Source: Solirubrobacterales bacterium (GTDB lineage: Bacteria > Actinomycetota > Thermoleophilia > Solirubrobacterales > 70-9). From it: a stretch of DNA of 64,000 bases. Below, in pieces: positions 61,318 through 64,000 of this stretch (position 1 is the stretch's first letter; every line of letters starts with the position of its first letter). Under the pieces are notes generated by a model. The model ran no database searches. It saw only the letters and a program-made list of their open reading frames with translations, and was not told the DNA's origin. Where the stretch lies: positions 36,398-100,397 of the forward strand of contig JBBRYM010000009.1 of assembly GCA_038237625.1 (NCBI GenBank), written 5' to 3'. The translations under genes and the position numbers were made by a program.

Positions 61318-62295
61318 GTGCCCGGGATCGGAACCTTCATCTCCCCCGGCCGCTCGCTCTCCGACTCGGTCGAGCGCGCGCGGAGGGTTGACGAGCTGGG
61401 CTTCGACTCGATCTACACCACGCAGATCGCTGGGCGCGATGCGTTCACGGTGCTCGGGGAGTTCGCGCATGCCACGCAGACGGTCAAGCTCGGCACCGGC
61501 GTCGCCCCGATCTTCGCCCGAACGCCCGTGGCGATGGCCCAGGTGGCGGCGACGCTCGACGAGGCCTCCGGCGGGCGGATGGTCCTCGGGCTCGGCGTCT
61601 CGCATCGCGTGACCGTGGAGAACTGGTTCGGCGCAGAGATCACGAAGCCCGTCTCGCAGATGCGCGCGTATGCAGGCGTTGTCCGCGCGATCCTCGCCGG
61701 CGAGGAGGCGCCTGAGAACGAGTTCTTCCCGACGGCCTTCCGGTTCATGGGCTACGGGCCCCGGCCGGAGCTGCCCATCTACGTCGCCGCGTTATCGCCG
61801 AACATGCTTCGCCTCGCAGGCGCGATCGGCGATGGCCTGATGCTCTGGCTCTGCTGTCCCGACTACATCCGCGACGTGGTGATTCCCGAGGTGAGGCAGG
61901 GCCGGGAGCAGGCCGGCAGGTCGATGGAGGGCTTCGACGTAGTCGCCGCGGTCCCGTCCGCGCTCACCGACGACCGCGGCGCGACTTTGGACGCCATGCG
62001 CCAGGATCTCGTCACCTACGCCTCGCTCCCTTTCTACAGGGCGATGCTCGAGAGCTCGGGCTTCAGCGACGAGATCGCGGCCTTCGACGCGGGCATGGCT
62101 GCAGGCGACGTGGAGAAGGCAAAAGCCGGGCTCTCGGAGAGGATGCTCGATTCCCTCGCGGGGATCGGATCGGCCGACCAGGTGAAGGCCGGGGTCCAGC
62201 GCTACCTCGACGCGGGCGCGATCTCGCCCTGTATCGGCGGCATCCGGGGCGGCAACTTCGACGGCGCGATCGACGCCGTGTCGGAGCTTTTGTAG
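61318..62295 (+). CDS. LLM-class (luciferase-like) F420/flavin-dependent oxidoreductase
   Basis: ELGFDSIYTTQ ... KLGTGVAPIFARTP ... GGRMVLGLGVSH ... is typical of the family. GTG start. Confidence 0.85.
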   Translation: MPGIGTFISPGRSLSDSVERARRVDELGFDSIYTTQIAGRDAFTVLGEFAHATQTVKLGTGVAPIFARTPVAMAQVAATLDEASGGRMVLGLGVSHRVTVENWFGAEITKPVSQMRAYAGVVRAILAGEEAPENEFFPTAFRFMGYGPRPELPIYVAALSPNMLRLAGAIGDGLMLWLCCPDYIRDVVIPEVRQGREQAGRSMEGFDVVAAVPSALTDDRGATLDAMRQDLVTYASLPFYRAMLESSGFSDEIAAFDAGMAAGDVEKAKAGLSERMLDSLAGIGSADQVKAGVQRYLDAGAISPCIGGIRGGNFDGAIDAVSELL

Positions 62296-62550
62296 CTACG
62301 CAATCCCGCCGCCGAACGGCGGGACATTGCGGCGGTTCGCGTCGCGCGGGTCGTCGGCCTCGGGCTTCGGCCTCGCCGCGACCGCGGAGCCGGTCGCGTT
62401 GGGCGAGGGCGCCGTGGGCACCCTGGCGACCACCCACCCACCGTCCTTCGCGAACACGAAGTAGCTCGAGGAGGGGTCGCCCTCGGCGAGCTGGTTGCGG
62501 ATGGCGTCGGCCTCGGCGCGCGTTCCGTACTGCTTGCCCTGCAAGGCCAT
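62296..62550 (-). CDS. small hypothetical protein (84 aa)
   Basis: MALQGKQYGTRAEADAIRNQLAEGDPSSSYFVFAKDGGWVVARV... has normal composition and lies 17 nt after the GH17-like gene stop. The longer track ORFs here are Ser/Thr/Arg junk antisense to that gene. Confidence 0.4.
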   Translation of the reverse strand: MALQGKQYGTRAEADAIRNQLAEGDPSSSYFVFAKDGGWVVARVPTAPSPNATGSAVAARPKPEADDPRDANRRNVPPFGGGIA

Positions 62551-62569
62551 TCGCCAGAGGCTAAACCCC

Positions 62570-63691
62570 CTACCCCGCGAGCAGGTCGACCAGCCGCCGG
62601 TAGACGTCGAACGCCGGCTTTCGCGAGTAGTCGTCGCGCAAGAGCCCGTAGTGGTGCTGGAAGTTGAGCGACGAGGTGTTGTGGTCGCAGAGGTCGAACC
62701 AGCGGTAGTCGCTGATCCCGTAGTTGCCGCGGAAGCGGTTGACAGCGCGAACCATCTCTCGCAGAGCCGTGACCTGGGTGGATTCGTCTCGGGCCGGGCC
62801 CGTCGGCCAGCCGTTCTCCTCGACCTTGATCGGGACCCCGGGCCCCAACCCCGCCACGGGCATGAAGCATTCACGCAGCACGCTCATCGCGTTGACCATG
62901 CCGTCGGCGTAGCCGCTTGGCGTCGGCTCAACCGGAGGAAAAACAGTGCCGGGGTAGGCGTCTAAGCCAACCCAATCGACCGCCCGAATGAAGCGGGAGC
63001 CGCCGTGGGCGGCGAGGTAGCTCCAGAACTTGTTCTCGCTCGACGGGTCGCTGCGGTAGGCCCAGTTGAACCCGATCCGAAGGCGGCCGAAACCCAGGTG
63101 CCGCGCAACTCGGTGGGCGGCCTCGACGCCGCGGATCAGAGCGTCCTTCGCGCCGGCGAAGGCGCTGTCGGAGGCGTCGGGTGCGATCGGCAGGAAGTTC
63201 ACCTCGTTCGTGATCTGGAGGGCGGTGACGCCCCGGATGGACCCCAGGCGCCGTGTGACCATGCGGACGTACCGCACCCACCGCCCAATGTGGCCCTCCT
63301 GAGAGTCCGTCGGGTGATATCGGACCTGGACCTCGACCCTGTAGCCGTGGCGCGCGTAGCCGCGCGCCGCCCTTGCGAACCGCCGGATCCCGGCTTGGTG
63401 GTCGGACCAGAAGAGGCGGTTCAGGCGAAGGATGAACGGCCGGTCACCGCTCGGCCTGAGCTCGCGCAGGGCGCGCAGCGTCTCCGCGGGATCCTCGGGC
63501 GTCTCGGCGACGGGCGGGCCCAGCGCACCGGCAAAGCCCGCCGGGTTGATGCCGAACCGCAGGCGCGGTGCGTGCCTGACCGGCGTGACCGACGCGGCGG
63601 TCGTGTCGCCGAGGCAGGGTGCGGCGGCGGCAGGTTGCGCTGCTGCCAGCACGCCGATGGCGAGGAGAGCGGCGGTGGCCGCGCTTTTCAT
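62570..63691 (-). CDS. secreted TIM-barrel glycoside hydrolase, GH17-like
   Basis: Signal peptide MKSAATAALLAIGVLAAAQPAAA, a putative acid/base ITNEVN, and a putative nucleophile VEENGWPTG, which resembles the GH17 E-S/T-G-W-P motif. Confidence 0.6.
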   Translation of the reverse strand: MKSAATAALLAIGVLAAAQPAAAAPCLGDTTAASVTPVRHAPRLRFGINPAGFAGALGPPVAETPEDPAETLRALRELRPSGDRPFILRLNRLFWSDHQAGIRRFARAARGYARHGYRVEVQVRYHPTDSQEGHIGRWVRYVRMVTRRLGSIRGVTALQITNEVNFLPIAPDASDSAFAGAKDALIRGVEAAHRVARHLGFGRLRIGFNWAYRSDPSSENKFWSYLAAHGGSRFIRAVDWVGLDAYPGTVFPPVEPTPSGYADGMVNAMSVLRECFMPVAGLGPGVPIKVEENGWPTGPARDESTQVTALREMVRAVNRFRGNYGISDYRWFDLCDHNTSSLNFQHHYGLLRDDYSRKPAFDVYRRLVDLLAG

Positions 63692-64000
63692 GATCTCTTT
63701 GCCGCCGGGACCATCGCCGCGTAGTCGTACGGGCGGTCGGTGCGTGCGTAGAGGAACCGCGGAACCAGCACGAGGCTCTCCTCGTAGCTCACCCCGGGAG
63801 CGCCCATCGGCAGCTCCCAGCCGAAGTCGGGATCGGCCTCCCACTCGACCTGACCGTCGAGCGCCGCGTCGAGAACCCGAGAAACCAGCCCGGCCACGAT
63901 CTCCCGCGACCCCTTTCCCTCACCGCCACCGACGAACCCCGCGGTCAGCAGGAACCTCTGGACCGGGCTCGCGGCGACACGCGCCACCGGCGGCCAGATC
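63688..64000 (-). CDS. PEP carboxykinase (ATP)-like protein, C-terminal part (5' end outside window)
   Basis: VSRVLDAALDGQVEWEADPDFGWELPMGAPGVSYEESLVLVPR parallels the PckA C-terminus (..AiL.G.l.......dP.FG.e.P...pGV....L.PR). The stop overlaps the next ATG (ATGA). Confidence 0.45.
   Translation of the reverse strand, partial: IWPPVARVAASPVQRFLLTAGFVGGGEGKGSREIVAGLVSRVLDAALDGQVEWEADPDFGWELPMGAPGVSYEESLVLVPRFLYARTDRPYDYAAMVPAAKRS

Noticed and set aside
62202-62874. Two long minus-strand ORFs (222 and 192 aa) overlapping the 3' part of the GH17-like gene.
   Set aside because: They have Ser/Thr/Arg/Pro low-complexity composition and occupy alternative frames of a motif-bearing gene. Only the last 84 codons (62296-62550), which lie beyond that gene, look like a possible real small CDS.
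1-64000. Search for tRNA/rRNA genes, CRISPR arrays, IS elements, integrases, and phage or defence-system genes.
   Set aside because: Reading both strands by eye revealed none of the following: T-loop/anticodon-arm-like structures, regularly spaced direct repeats, transposase or recombinase motifs, or recognisable defence-system proteins. Absence is not proven without tRNAscan, Infernal or HMM scans.

Overview
A 64-kb, roughly 70% GC, gene-dense chromosomal segment that looks like Actinomycetota. The protein styles resemble Thermoleophilia, Solirubrobacterales or Rubrobacteria, but this assignment is not provable from here. I support about 60 CDS. By eye I found no rRNA, tRNA, CRISPR array, transposase or integrase. 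Many ORF-track entries are high-GC antisense or 5'-extension artefacts and were trimmed.

Gene content, in order:
- Small redox and regulator genes: FMN reductase, YceI and TetR.
- ilvA coupled to an M32 carboxypeptidase.
- A MerR regulator, a large membrane protein and a BNR-propeller protein.
- An amino-sugar glycolipid-type cluster: a DegT aminotransferase, a three-domain SDR/GT28/NodB-like fusion, a DMT-like membrane protein, a NodB deacetylase and an esterase.
- A small membrane protein with an MBL hydrolase, divergent from a His-rich permease followed by proline dehydrogenase and P5C dehydrogenase.
- A truncated LLM oxidoreductase remnant.
- An operon of a small TM protein, YihY and a heme-oxygenase-like iron enzyme, convergent with a GCS2 ligase and a CDGSH protein.
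- A block of about 20 kb of lipid or sterol-type catabolic genes: acyl-CoA ligases, ACAD, an Ltp-type thiolase, SDRs, MaoC, P450, hydrolases, and two TetR or GlxA regulators.
- A cyclase, an enoyl-CoA hydratase and an Rv1683-like lipase/acyl-CoA-synthetase fusion.
- An amino-acid ABC transporter, a desaturase and a BVMO.
- A tightly coupled operon of SRPBCC, FMN oxidase, methyltransferase and a GT-C glycosyltransferase.
- An LLM oxidoreductase, a GH17-like secreted hydrolase and a partial PEPCK-like gene.

Most interesting observations:
- The Arn-like amino-sugar lipid cluster with its triple fusion.
- A recurring GAACGTCCC/GGGACGTTC inverted-repeat element.
- A 26-nt operator shared by two catabolic promoters, with a related site at a TetR gene.
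- A CsoR/CstR-like palindrome on the permease start codon.
- A 7-bp tandem repeat in the 5' end of the MerR gene.

All functional calls come from motif and family recognition by eye. No database search was run.
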